Source: Candidatus Sericytochromatia bacterium (GTDB taxonomy: Bacteria > Cyanobacteriota > Sericytochromatia > S15B-MN24 > UBA4093). Taken from it: a stretch of 64,000 bases of DNA. Made by a program: the position numbers and the translations under genes. The stretch covers positions 15,067-79,066 of the forward strand of contig JAKFBU010000006.1 of assembly GCA_036676985.1 (NCBI GenBank). Direction: 5' to 3'. The stretch's first letter is position 1; each line of letters begins with the position of its first letter. Positions 9,874-19,855 of the stretch are shown here, piece by piece. Below the pieces are notes generated by a model that worked only from the letters and a program-made list of their open reading frames with translations, was not told the DNA's origin and made no database searches.

Positions 9874-12750
9874 GTGGCTTCAACCGGAGCAGAGACGACG
9901 AACGCAACCCATCCGATCCTCATGCGGGTCGGCATCCGCTCGGGTGTGGTCCTGGCGGGCCGCACCCCGGCGGTCCACGACCTCGCCAGCCTCGCGCGGG
10001 CCGGGGGGCGGGTGATCGATCGCTCGGACCTGGGCGTGCTGTTGGCCTTCGGGCCCGGAGAGAGCCCGGCCTTCCTGCGGGCGGCGCGCTTGGCCGCCGA
10101 TCTCGGCGCCGGCCTGCCGCCGGTCGCGGTGGTGCTCCATTCCCCCTGCACCGACGATGCGACCGACCATGCCCTCTTGGACGAGCTCCTGGCGATCGCC
10201 CGTCCGGGTGAGACGCTCGTGACCGAGGCCTTCTGGCGTCTGGCCAAGGACCACTTCGACTTTGTGGCCCTGCCGGATCGGCTGTTCCGCCTGGGGAGCG
10301 ACAAGGTCGCCCTGCCGGACGTGTTCGTGGGCCGCGGCGCGGAGCTGCACCAGCTGCGGAGCTGCTGGGAGACGGCCCGGCTCGGCCGTCCGCTGCTCGT
10401 CAGCATCCAGGGCGAGGCGGGCATCGGCAAGTCCCGCTTCTTGAACGAGTTCCTCTCCAGCCAGGGTCCGAGCTTTCGGGTATGCTCCGCCTGCTCTCGC
10501 CCCAACGAGCAGCAACGTCCCTATGCCTTCCTCTCCTCGGTCGTCAGGTCGCTGGGCCTGCAAGTGGGCCGGCTGGCCGACGAGCTGGGGGCGTCCGGGG
10601 CGGACCTGGACGACCTGCTCGGCTCCGAGCCCATCGCGACGACCATCCAGCCGCGTCACCGTCAGTTCCGGGCCTTCCGGGCCCTGAGCCAGGTGCTGCG
10701 GGAGCGACTCGGCTCCACGCCCACCATCCTCGCCCTCGAGGATCTGCACTGGGCGGACGAGGCCTCGCTCACCTGGCTCGATTCCCTGATCTCGGAGCTC
10801 GCGTTCGCCGAGCAGTCGCCGCCCTGGCTCTTCGTCTTCACCGAGCGCGGCCGCGAGATCCATCGCCGCTACGGGGGCATGGGCCTGGGCTCGGTCGCCA
10901 TCCCGCTCAAGCGCCTGGGAGCGAACGAGGTCCAGGACCTCGTGGCGGCCATCGCGCCCGGCCTGGACGAAACGACGCGCCGGACGGTCATCGAGCGCTC
11001 GGCGGGGAACCCGCTCTACCTGCGGGAGTTCGTGCATCTGGCCGAGCAGGTCGGAGCCGTCGCGGGCCTGCCTGCGAACGTGGTCTGGGAGCTCGAGCAG
11101 CGCCTGAACGCCCTCGGCCCGGTCGATCGCAGGGTGGTCGAGCTCGCGGCCGTCCTGGGCCCGGAGTTCGACGTGGCCCTGCTCGACAGGCTCCTGAGCG
11201 TTCCGGGCTTTCGGCAGGCGCTCGCGAACCTCTCGGGGGCGGGGCTCGTGGTACGGGGCGCCGAGACGGCGAGCTTCAGCCATCACCTGCTCTACGAGGC
11301 CGCCTATGCCTCGCTGCCCGCCGAGCGGCGCCGGGAGCTGCATGCGATGGTCGCCCACACCCTGGAGGCGGACGGAGCCTCGAGCGACATGGTCGCCTGG
11401 CACCTCCTGAAGGGTCCCAGACCGGCCCAGGCTCGCCCTCACCTGTTCAAGGCGGCCCGCCGGGCGCGCGAGCGTTACGCCCATGCCGAGGCCAAGGAGC
11501 TCTTGATGCGGGCGAGCCGCGCGGGCGCCGAGACCGACGCCCTCGCAGCGGCGGTGAGCCTGGAGCTCGCGGAGGTCCTCCTGGCCCTCGGAGAGCTCGA
11601 GGCGGCGCGCTGGGAGGTCCAGCGGATCCGTGCGGTGGTCCCGGACGGCGAGCGCCTGCGCCTGGCGGTCCTCACCAGCCAGCTGGACGAGCGGCGCGGA
11701 GAGTACGGCCGGGCGATCGCCGCGCTGCATGATCTGTCCGGCGCGGACCTGGCGTCCGGCGAGCGGGCCCGGCTCCACCTGGCCGAGGCGAGCCTGCTCC
11801 TGCGCCAAGGGGAGTTCGCCGGCTGCCGCGACCTCGCCCAGCGGGCGATCGCTCTCTTGGACGAGCATCCCAGTCTCGATCGGGCCCTCGCACACAGCCT
11901 CGCGGGCATCGCGACCTACCGGCTCGAGGGGCCGGAGCGCGCCTTGCCGGCCTACCATGTGGCCCTGGACCTCCGGGAAGGCCTCGGCGACCCCGCGGCC
12001 GTCGCCGGCAGCCTCAGCAACCTGGGCATCGCCTACTACGAGCTCGGCCGCTGGGACGAGGCCTTGTCGGCCTTCGACCGGGCGCTCGAGACGTTCCGCT
12101 CCATCGGAGAGCGCTGGCAGCTCACGGTGGTCCTGAACAACCGGGGGCACCTCCTGCTCAATCGCGGCGACGTCGAGGCTGCCGAGGCCTGCTACCGCGA
12201 GGCCCTCGGGCTCAAGCGCGAGATGGCCGAGGAGCCGGGCGTGGCCATCGCCCTGTGCAACCTGGGCAATGCCCTCTCACGCCGGGAGGCCTTCGGAGAG
12301 GCCCGGGCATGCCTGCAGGAGGCCAGCCACCTCCTGGAGCGCCTGGGCGAGCAGGAGACGCTCGCGGAGGTCTACCAGGTGTACGGCATGCTCGAGCTCG
12401 CGGCCGGGGATGGCCCGCGCGCCAGGCTCCTGCTGGAGCGGGCGCTGGAGGCGAGCTCCGCCGTGCGGCGGCAGGTGCCGCGCGCCATCGCCTTGCGGGG
12501 CCTGTCGCAGCTTGCCGCCCAGGAGGCGCGCTGGGAGGACGCCGCGTTATTCGCCTGGGAGTCCGTCCAGCTGAACGATCGCCTGCAGAACCCGCTCGAG
12601 CTCGGCCGCAGCCTGGTGGCATGGGGCCTGGCACAGAAGGCCCTTGGCGACCATGAGCGGGCCATGGACGCCGTGGACAAGGCGAGCGTCCTTTTCCGCC
12701 AGCTCGGAGCCCTGCAGGACGTGCGCGCCATCGTGTCCCAGCTCGGTTGA
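9874..12750 (+). CDS. AAA/STAND-type ATPase with TPR repeats and degenerate N-terminal cyclase-like domain
   Basis: Walker A GEAGIGKS, Walker B LEDLHWAD, GNPLYLRE and FSHHLLYEAAY, followed by C-terminal TPRs (SNLGIAYY, NNRGHL, CNLGN). Confidence 0.85.
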   Translation: MASTGAETTNATHPILMRVGIRSGVVLAGRTPAVHDLASLARAGGRVIDRSDLGVLLAFGPGESPAFLRAARLAADLGAGLPPVAVVLHSPCTDDATDHALLDELLAIARPGETLVTEAFWRLAKDHFDFVALPDRLFRLGSDKVALPDVFVGRGAELHQLRSCWETARLGRPLLVSIQGEAGIGKSRFLNEFLSSQGPSFRVCSACSRPNEQQRPYAFLSSVVRSLGLQVGRLADELGASGADLDDLLGSEPIATTIQPRHRQFRAFRALSQVLRERLGSTPTILALEDLHWADEASLTWLDSLISELAFAEQSPPWLFVFTERGREIHRRYGGMGLGSVAIPLKRLGANEVQDLVAAIAPGLDETTRRTVIERSAGNPLYLREFVHLAEQVGAVAGLPANVVWELEQRLNALGPVDRRVVELAAVLGPEFDVALLDRLLSVPGFRQALANLSGAGLVVRGAETASFSHHLLYEAAYASLPAERRRELHAMVAHTLEADGASSDMVAWHLLKGPRPAQARPHLFKAARRARERYAHAEAKELLMRASRAGAETDALAAAVSLELAEVLLALGELEAARWEVQRIRAVVPDGERLRLAVLTSQLDERRGEYGRAIAALHDLSGADLASGERARLHLAEASLLLRQGEFAGCRDLAQRAIALLDEHPSLDRALAHSLAGIATYRLEGPERALPAYHVALDLREGLGDPAAVAGSLSNLGIAYYELGRWDEALSAFDRALETFRSIGERWQLTVVLNNRGHLLLNRGDVEAAEACYREALGLKREMAEEPGVAIALCNLGNALSRREAFGEARACLQEASHLLERLGEQETLAEVYQVYGMLELAAGDGPRARLLLERALEASSAVRRQVPRAIALRGLSQLAAQEARWEDAALFAWESVQLNDRLQNPLELGRSLVAWGLAQKALGDHERAMDAVDKASVLFRQLGALQDVRAIVSQLG

Positions 12751-12765
12751 TACGGAGGGGCCAGC

Positions 12766-14619
12766 TTGATAGAATTATGGCGGCGGCCGAAGCCGCTACT
12801 TTGGAGGGTTGAGGCCATTCGACTCAAGCGCCACCACGATTGGCTTCGGCGCGGCGTCCCGCTGGCTCTCGGCGTGGCTGCTGCCTCCTGGCTGATCCCC
12901 CAGCACTCCACCGCGCTCGCGTTGCTCGTCGGCGCTGCCTCCTTGGCCGTCTTCGGCTGGGAGTTCGGTGGCTCGAGCGACGAGCACAAGCACTTCAAGT
13001 TTCAACCGGATCTATCGGCCGCCTTCGGGACCCTCTGCGCCGAGCTCCATGTCTCGGGCATCCTGTACGCCTGCGACGACGACGAGCAGGGCCTGCGCCC
13101 CGTCGCGCGTACAATGCCGGAGCCCGCGAGCCCCCTGCGGTGGGGAGACGATCCCGCCACCCGGGCCATGACCACCCTCAAGCCGTATTTCTTCACCACC
13201 TACACGGCTCCCGAGGCCCTTGCCCAGCAGGGGTTCGCGGGATGCTCGACGCTCGTGTACCCGATGATCCACAAGGGGCGTGCGGTGGGCATGGCGCTGC
13301 TGACCAGCCGTCAGGTCGAGCTTGGCCAAGCGCAGCTCGAGCGGGTCCAGAGCGCCGAGCCGCTGCTCTCCCTGTTGCTCGAGAACGAGGTGCTCAACAC
13401 GCGGCTCTCCCGCAGCCAGAGCGAGAAGGAGGCGATCATCGCCCTGACCCGCCTTGCCCAGGGCCGCAGCGACTCGGATCAGGTCTTCCAGGAGGCGGCC
13501 TTGCAGCTGAGACGCCTCACGGGGGCTTGTCATGCGGCGATCGCCCTGCGCACCCCCATGGGGGCTCTGGTCGTCGGCGGCCTCTCCACCGAGGGCGGCG
13601 CCCGGGTCCGGGAGGGCCTGATGGCGGCGGAGCTCGCCGAGCGCGAGTGGCCCCACTTTCACCAGGTGCTTTCCAACCCCGTGGGTAGCACGCTCGTGCC
13701 CCTTTCGACCACCTCGTTGACCCCGGCCGAGTCGGCCTGGGCCCGGCACGTCGCCCCCAACGGCCACATGCTCTGCGCGGCCTTCGGCCCCGAGGAGGCG
13801 CGCGACGGCGTGCTCGTCCTGTGCTGGCCGCAGGAGGGAGCGCTCCGGCTTCAGGAGTCCCGACTGGCCCAGCGGTTGGGCGATCTCATGGCCTTGGTGG
13901 CGGCCTCGCGCCGACAGGGTGCGACGCTCAGGGCCGTCGAGGCGCGCGAGGCCGCAAGCGCCCGGCTCTCTGCCACCCAGGAGGGCTTGATCGCCCAGAT
14001 GGTCAGAGAGGTTCGCAAGGCGACCTTTGCCGTGCGCCAGTGGCGCCAGGAATTCTCGTCGGGGGCCATGCCGTCGGGCGAGGTCTTGCAGGCGCTCGAT
14101 CAGCAGGCGTCCGTGCTCTCGCACTGGCTTGCGACGGCGGCTGACGAGGAGGCGGAGCGCTCCTCGCTCCGCACGGGCCTGCAGGAGGCCCATGCGGTCG
14201 CGCGCGAGTTCTGTCGGCGCAAGGGACAATCGCTCGAGGTGGAAGCCCTGCCGGAGGCGGAGCTTTCCTTGTCACCGTTGGATTTCGGGCAGATCGTCGG
14301 CACCCTCCTGGACAACGCGAGCCGTTACTCGCCTCCCGGGACGTCGATTCGTTCATGGGCGGCGGTGTCGGAGGCCTGGGCCACGGTCTACGTCTCGGAC
14401 CAAGGGGAGGGCATCCCGCCGGAGCTCCAGGACCGCGTCGGTCAGGCGGGCTTCCAGGTGGAGCCGTCGCGCGGCGGTCAAGGGATGGGCCTCGCCCAGG
14501 CCCGTGAGCTCGTGGATCGGGCGGGCGGGGTGCTGGGCTTCACCTCGGAGGTCGGCAAGGGCTCGACGTTCTACGTCACGCTGCCGATCGGCCGTCGGGG
14601 CCCGGAGAGGGACAATTGA
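12766..14619 (+). CDS. GAF-GAF-HATPase sensor kinase-like protein lacking the H-box His
   Basis: 2 TM helices and two GAF-like regions. N-box DNASRYS, G1 DQGEGI and G2 GQGMGL are present; the H-box position reads MVREVRKA. Confidence 0.75.
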   Translation: MIELWRRPKPLLWRVEAIRLKRHHDWLRRGVPLALGVAAASWLIPQHSTALALLVGAASLAVFGWEFGGSSDEHKHFKFQPDLSAAFGTLCAELHVSGILYACDDDEQGLRPVARTMPEPASPLRWGDDPATRAMTTLKPYFFTTYTAPEALAQQGFAGCSTLVYPMIHKGRAVGMALLTSRQVELGQAQLERVQSAEPLLSLLLENEVLNTRLSRSQSEKEAIIALTRLAQGRSDSDQVFQEAALQLRRLTGACHAAIALRTPMGALVVGGLSTEGGARVREGLMAAELAEREWPHFHQVLSNPVGSTLVPLSTTSLTPAESAWARHVAPNGHMLCAAFGPEEARDGVLVLCWPQEGALRLQESRLAQRLGDLMALVAASRRQGATLRAVEAREAASARLSATQEGLIAQMVREVRKATFAVRQWRQEFSSGAMPSGEVLQALDQQASVLSHWLATAADEEAERSSLRTGLQEAHAVAREFCRRKGQSLEVEALPEAELSLSPLDFGQIVGTLLDNASRYSPPGTSIRSWAAVSEAWATVYVSDQGEGIPPELQDRVGQAGFQVEPSRGGQGMGLAQARELVDRAGGVLGFTSEVGKGSTFYVTLPIGRRGPERDN

Positions 14620-14674
14620 TGCCTTGCTTGCCAGGAGCTAGACTAGAAGCGACTCGGCGGTGATTAGAAGCCTT

Positions 14675-16909
14675 ATGACTCAGCGAATCGTGCGTATCCT
14701 AACCTGTTGTATGCTCCTCGCGACGCTGCTAGTGGGGTGCGAACTCAAGTCGTTGCCGGGCGGCCTCCAGGGTCCCGCCTTCGACGGCGTTTCCCAGACC
14801 ATCCCCCTCATCGTGGGCACCCTGGTCGACGGCTCGGGCCAGCCGGTCGAGGGCGCCAAGGTCCGGGCCTACGTGGCGCCGTACCGCATCGAGGCCCTGT
14901 CGACGGAGCCCGCGGCCGCCGTGGAGACGATGACCGACACCAAGGGCACCTTCCGCCTCGACTCGCCGCCCCTGGGGACTGTGGCCGTCGAGGCCCGCGG
15001 ACGCGGCCTCAAGGCCCTGCGCACCGGGGTGGCCGTGTCGAGCGGGGCCACGGTGGAGCTCGGGACGCTGTCCCTTCACCCAACCGGACGCATCTCGGGC
15101 AAGGTCACGGCTCCGGGCGGTGTTTCGCTGCTGGGCACGGACGTCTTCATCCCTGGCACGGACTACCTCGCCAAGGCCGCGGCCGACGGCTCTTACTCGA
15201 TTCAGGACGTGCCGGTCGGCACCTACCAACTGGCGGCCGTGCGACCGAACTTCCATCCGCGGGTGATCGAGGGCGTGAGCGTCTTCGCAGGCCAAACGAC
15301 GACGCCTTCGGAATTGGCCTTGAGTCTGGACGCGCCGGTACTCACGAGCTTGAATCCGGAGAGCGGCGGGCCTGGCACCGTGGTCACCCTCCGGGGTGAG
15401 AACTTCGGCTCTACCAAGCTCACGAGCTTTCAGGTGACGTTCAACGATACCCTGGCCGTGACGGCTCGGCGGATCAGTGACACCGAGATCCAGGCGACCG
15501 TGCCAATTGGCGCGACCACCGGTGGCGTGCTCGTTAGGTCAAATGGCATTTCGAGCCAGGCCTTGCCCTTTCAAGTCATTAGCCGCCTAACCCTCTCGCC
15601 GAACAACATGGGTCTGTATCCCGGTGCCTCGTTTGCCTATAGCTTTCAGGCATTAAACGATCGGGGGGATTTTGTCGCCTCCCCTTTTGTGACGTGGGCA
15701 CTTCGGGATCCGTCGATCGGAACGGTCAGTGCCCAGGGGACCTTTCAAAGTAGCAGGGAAGGCGTTACCGAACTCGAGGCGCGCAGTGGGCTGATCGTTT
15801 CGGCCGCGTGGATCGGCGTCAGTCGCTATCGCATCACCACCTTGTATGGAAACGGCCAGTTTGCCTATACGGGTGACAATGGTTTGGCGAGGGAGGCTTC
15901 CTTTCGCCGTCCTTTTACCTTGGCCAAGGATGCATCCGGGAGCCTGTACGTTAGCGACGGGAATATGACGGTCATCCGACGGGTGTCGCCTGATGGCGTC
16001 ATAACTCGATTTGCGGGTGTCGCTGGCAGGGCCGATGCGACGGGCGACGGGGGGCCCGCGCTGGAGGCGGCGCTCGGGGAATATTCCACCATTGCCGTGG
16101 ATCCCCTGAACCGACTCTGGGTCTCGGATCAGCGCAATCACGTGGTTCGTTTCATTCCCCTGGATGACCGCGATCCGGCTTACCGGGCCGGCTATGTCTA
16201 CCGTGCCGCCGGAACCGGCAGTCCCGGCTACACTGGGTCAGGATTACCTGGGTCGCAAACCGCTTTGAACCGGCCGAGCAGGCTGCTTCCGTCCGCCGCT
16301 GGCGTTTATATCCCCGATCATGAGAATCACCGTATCCGGCTGATCCAGCCAGATTTCTCGGTCGTGGACGTTTTAGGAACGGGACTGACGCCGCTTCTTT
16401 CGACACCGGTTCCCGAGGCGAGCGCCAATGTCTCAAGCCCGGTGGAATGCGTGCTGGATCGGCATGGCAACATGGTCATCGCGTGTCGTCAGCAGCTGCT
16501 CTTCTGGTGCCGCGACTCCGGAACCTATTTCGGACGGTCGATGCAGGCTGGCTGGGTTTATCCCTTGCTGGATATCACGCCGCTGCGTCCGTTTGTCGGC
16601 GATGGTACCTTATCGTCGGCGAGCTACCTGACGAACACGCCTCTCGGCTTGCAGTTTGACGGGGAAGGCACCTTATGGTTTGCCGACGATTGTCTGGTCC
16701 GGCGGATAACTCCTCAGGGTCGGATCGAGACGATTGCCGGTAAGCCGCTCGAAGCGGCCCACCGGCAATCCTTCGGGTTCGATGGCGAGGGGACGAACTC
16801 GCTTGTTAGCAGCCTGGGCGAAGCCAATGATCTGTTGCTTGACGGCACGAGCCTCTACGTCGTCGATTCCGGTTATTCCCGTATCCGACTGCTGCAGCGA
16901 GTGGAGTAG
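14675..16909 (+). CDS. Lipoprotein with carboxypeptidase-regulatory-like, IPT/TIG, Ig-like and NHL-repeat domains
   Basis: Lipobox LVGC; IPT motif PVLTSLNPESGGPGTVVTLRGENFG; NHL motifs GDNGLAREASF, GDGGPALEAAL and LYVVDSGYSRIR. Confidence 0.85.
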   Translation: MTQRIVRILTCCMLLATLLVGCELKSLPGGLQGPAFDGVSQTIPLIVGTLVDGSGQPVEGAKVRAYVAPYRIEALSTEPAAAVETMTDTKGTFRLDSPPLGTVAVEARGRGLKALRTGVAVSSGATVELGTLSLHPTGRISGKVTAPGGVSLLGTDVFIPGTDYLAKAAADGSYSIQDVPVGTYQLAAVRPNFHPRVIEGVSVFAGQTTTPSELALSLDAPVLTSLNPESGGPGTVVTLRGENFGSTKLTSFQVTFNDTLAVTARRISDTEIQATVPIGATTGGVLVRSNGISSQALPFQVISRLTLSPNNMGLYPGASFAYSFQALNDRGDFVASPFVTWALRDPSIGTVSAQGTFQSSREGVTELEARSGLIVSAAWIGVSRYRITTLYGNGQFAYTGDNGLAREASFRRPFTLAKDASGSLYVSDGNMTVIRRVSPDGVITRFAGVAGRADATGDGGPALEAALGEYSTIAVDPLNRLWVSDQRNHVVRFIPLDDRDPAYRAGYVYRAAGTGSPGYTGSGLPGSQTALNRPSRLLPSAAGVYIPDHENHRIRLIQPDFSVVDVLGTGLTPLLSTPVPEASANVSSPVECVLDRHGNMVIACRQQLLFWCRDSGTYFGRSMQAGWVYPLLDITPLRPFVGDGTLSSASYLTNTPLGLQFDGEGTLWFADDCLVRRITPQGRIETIAGKPLEAAHRQSFGFDGEGTNSLVSSLGEANDLLLDGTSLYVVDSGYSRIRLLQRVE

Positions 16910-16915
16910 TCAGGC

Positions 16916-17098
16916 TTAGGAAATCTGGATGGCACCGGGACAGCAGTTCGACTGTGATGCCTGTACACAGGGAGCCGTCGAGTTCTCCTGGCCCGGTTTG
17001 ACCATCGCCGTCCCGTCCGAGTCCTGGGCAAATACCGTCGGACAATTGCTCCAGCAGTAACCAATACCAATGCAACTTCCTTTGTCGACGCTAATCAT
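16916..17098 (-). CDS. Single-cluster ferredoxin, probably [3Fe-4S]
   Basis: VDKGSCIGIGYCWSNCPTVF...NCCPGAI, with a GGAGG RBS upstream. Confidence 0.8.
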   Translation of the reverse strand: MISVDKGSCIGIGYCWSNCPTVFAQDSDGTAMVKPGQENSTAPCVQASQSNCCPGAIQIS

Positions 17099-17283
17099 GA
17101 GGAATCCTCCTTGGTCGAAGCCCTACGATTACGATGTTCCACAAGCGAGCAAGGCTTAGCGTGAGCCGAAGCTGAGGAATCGCTGGAATTTGTGAATATT
17201 CGTGATCGGGCTATGCGTGATTCTAAGCCCAAGGTATGCTGATAAAACGGGCAAGTGATAGATGGGACGGGCATTACGGCGTT

Positions 17284-17712
17284 ATGACGGCTTACGCGAT
17301 TAGAATATCATTGGGTTTTGGCCTGTTCTTGGCGGTCGCCGTCTCAGGGTGCGATGCGTTCCGCCTCATTCAAGGGCCAGGACCTTCCCCCGATCCGAGT
17401 CCTGGGGGTCAGGCTCCGAGTTCGCACCTGGAACTGAGCCCGGCTCATCTGGACTTGAACGTGCCCTCCGACGAATCCTGCCCCTGTCCCTTTGAGTCGA
17501 CCGGCTCGTTCGTTGTTTCAGGGCTGGCGGCCACGTCGACTCCTCAGTGGACGGTTCTCGAGCCAGGAGTTGCCACGATTAGTCCTAACGGTTTCGTCTC
17601 GGCCTTATCGGTCGGCACGACGGAGGTGCGCCTCATGGAGAATGGCCGAGTGGCGACGGCCACGATTCAGGTTCGTGATCAAGGTGGCCGTGCGGCCGTG
17701 ATCGTGCAGTAG
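17284..17712 (+). CDS. Lipoprotein with bacterial Ig-like (Big_2-type) domain
   Basis: Lipobox VSGC; WTVLEPGVATISPNGFVSALSVGTTEV. Confidence 0.7.
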   Translation: MTAYAIRISLGFGLFLAVAVSGCDAFRLIQGPGPSPDPSPGGQAPSSHLELSPAHLDLNVPSDESCPCPFESTGSFVVSGLAATSTPQWTVLEPGVATISPNGFVSALSVGTTEVRLMENGRVATATIQVRDQGGRAAVIVQ

Positions 17713-17721
17713 GAGGCCATC

Positions 17722-19221
17722 GTGAGACGGCTGTTATCGCTAGTATTGGGAGGGATTGTCTTGTCGGCCTGTGTCGCGCCGACGAGAACGGTCATGCCCT
17801 CTCAGGAATCGCCAGTGGCCCCGATTGCCGAGGGGAATGGCCGAGTTGCCGTCTCGATCCGTTGGCCGATTCGCGACCGAGCGGTGCAGCTCGTGCCGTT
17901 CGATGCAGCCCTGGCCAGGGTGGAGGTCTTCGACGCGAGTGAGAGTCTGATTGCATCGGCATCGGTAGCACGGACGTCCGGACAAGTGGAAAGCAGCGTT
18001 GGGCTTGATCTGCCCGCTGGCACTGGGCGGTATGTGCAGGTAGAGTTGGATAGCCCGACGGTGTCGCGCATTGCCGCGGGCCGCAGCCTGGACTTTTCCG
18101 TGCGACGCAACCAGGTCGTCACCGTGCCAGTCGTGCTCGAGCCCATCATCAAGACGCTGGTTGGGCCCGTCAGTGCCTATTCCCTCGTCGGTGGATCTAC
18201 TGCCTTGCGTGGGTTCGCTCGGTTTTACACGGTTTCGCTCGGCCCGGATGGAACGGTTTATTTTCCGGATTACAGCGACAATGGCGTGAGGGCGTTTGGC
18301 CCGAACGGTGTGAACCGAGTCGTCGTTGGCCAGGTCACGGACACGGCCACCGAGTCACAGGGCATCGCCTCGACTGCGGAGTCAGACGCGGTCGAAGAAG
18401 GTGGGCTCGCGAGTCAAGCCACCGTCCGCACCCCACATGGGGTTCACGTCGCCTCCAATGGCGACCTGTTCGTGGCGGATACCTTGCCGAGCACCCCCGG
18501 CGTTCGCATCCGGCTCATTCCCGCCGCCTCCGGGACGCGATTCGGCGCACAGCGAGAGGCGGGGCATATTTACACCCTGCGCAAGGCTTTGGGCGTCTTT
18601 TCGGCGGTCGGCATGGTCCAGGATCTCGATGGGGCCTTGCTGTATACGGAGCAGGCCAAACATGAGATCTGGCGCCTGGCCCCGGATGGCAGTGCGTCGC
18701 TGTACGTAGGCAATTCCCTCGGTAGCCTGGCCAATGGAACACCTCAGGCCTCGGCATCTCTGAACGCGCCCTGGGGGCTGGCCTTGGATGTACGGGGCAA
18801 CCTGGCGATCAGCGAGTGGAAGGGGTTCCGCATCCGAATGCTGTGTCGAGAAACCGGCACGAACTTCGGGATTCCGATGGAGGCCGGTAGGCTCTATACC
18901 ATCATGGATGGCTTGGCATTGCGGGCCCAGTTCAACCTGTCGGTGTCACCGGCGCCGCGCCAGATGGCGTTCGATCAGCAGGGGAACCTCTATTTTGCCG
19001 AAAACGTGACGCATAGCGTGTATCGGGTTGCGCGGTCGAATGGATCGATGACCCGCATTGCGGGTGGGCAGCAGACGACCCCGAATTCCTTGTTGGTAGG
19101 TGATGAGGGTACGGCCGCTAGCGCGTCCTTTCAAGCTCCGCAGGGCTTAGCCCTGGACCAAAATGGGCGCTTGTATATCGGCGATACGAACAATGGCCGG
19201 GTTCGTTGGCTATTCCTCTAG
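17722..19221 (+). CDS. NHL-repeat (beta-propeller) lipoprotein
   Basis: Lipobox LSAC; repeated PxGxAxDxxGxLYxxD motifs (PWGLALDVRGNL, PQGLALDQNGRLYIGD). Confidence 0.85.
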   Translation: MRRLLSLVLGGIVLSACVAPTRTVMPSQESPVAPIAEGNGRVAVSIRWPIRDRAVQLVPFDAALARVEVFDASESLIASASVARTSGQVESSVGLDLPAGTGRYVQVELDSPTVSRIAAGRSLDFSVRRNQVVTVPVVLEPIIKTLVGPVSAYSLVGGSTALRGFARFYTVSLGPDGTVYFPDYSDNGVRAFGPNGVNRVVVGQVTDTATESQGIASTAESDAVEEGGLASQATVRTPHGVHVASNGDLFVADTLPSTPGVRIRLIPAASGTRFGAQREAGHIYTLRKALGVFSAVGMVQDLDGALLYTEQAKHEIWRLAPDGSASLYVGNSLGSLANGTPQASASLNAPWGLALDVRGNLAISEWKGFRIRMLCRETGTNFGIPMEAGRLYTIMDGLALRAQFNLSVSPAPRQMAFDQQGNLYFAENVTHSVYRVARSNGSMTRIAGGQQTTPNSLLVGDEGTAASASFQAPQGLALDQNGRLYIGDTNNGRVRWLFL

Positions 19222-19243
19222 TCTCGGGGAACCTTTCCCGGGC

Positions 19244-19852
19244 TTATAGAGGTCTGACGAGGGCGATCGCACGCGCGATCGCCCTCGTTGCTTTGGGCAT
19301 CGGGCGAAAGCTGCCATCTGGCGCACTGACATACGGCAGGCCAGCAATGAGGGCGATTCGTCCCCAGCTCCAGCCGCTCTCCCCTTCGAGAAGACAAAGC
19401 CCTTCTGCCGTGACTCCGGCCACCAGGTGCCGGATGAGCACGTGATCGCCGGGCGAGAGGCCCAGGGCTTCGTCCACGCCGGCCTCGACCCGGACCACGC
19501 CGTCCGCGGCGGGAAGCTCCCAGCCGGACGTTCGGCCTGGCCGGGGACCGGGGGCGGCACCCAGGAGCTCCAGGCCCGGAGCGGGCGCAGGAGGCTGGAA
19601 GGGCAGGGGCAAGGAGGGCTGCATGCCGCGCAGGTCGGCCACCGTCACGCCCAGGGCATGGGCCAGGGAGCTGAGTAGCTCGCGGGAAGGATTGGGGGGA
19701 GCCTTGGTCGCGCTCGACCAGCCCCGCTCGAGGGCGGCCAGGTACGCGCGGCTGATGCCTGCGCGGCTCGCAAGCTCCGTTTGCGTGAGCTCGGCCGCCT
19801 GGCGCAGGTCACGCAGGCGCTGGGCCAGGGTCGCCTCGGGCGCCGAGGGCAT
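19244..19852 (-). CDS. XRE-family HTH transcriptional regulator with degenerate S24-like C-terminus
   Basis: HTH RLRDLRQAAELTQTELASRAGISRAYLAALERG; C-terminal LSPGDHVLIR. Confidence 0.8.
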   Translation of the reverse strand: MPSAPEATLAQRLRDLRQAAELTQTELASRAGISRAYLAALERGWSSATKAPPNPSRELLSSLAHALGVTVADLRGMQPSLPLPFQPPAPAPGLELLGAAPGPRPGRTSGWELPAADGVVRVEAGVDEALGLSPGDHVLIRHLVAGVTAEGLCLLEGESGWSWGRIALIAGLPYVSAPDGSFRPMPKATRAIARAIALVRPL

Positions 19853-19855
19853 GGG

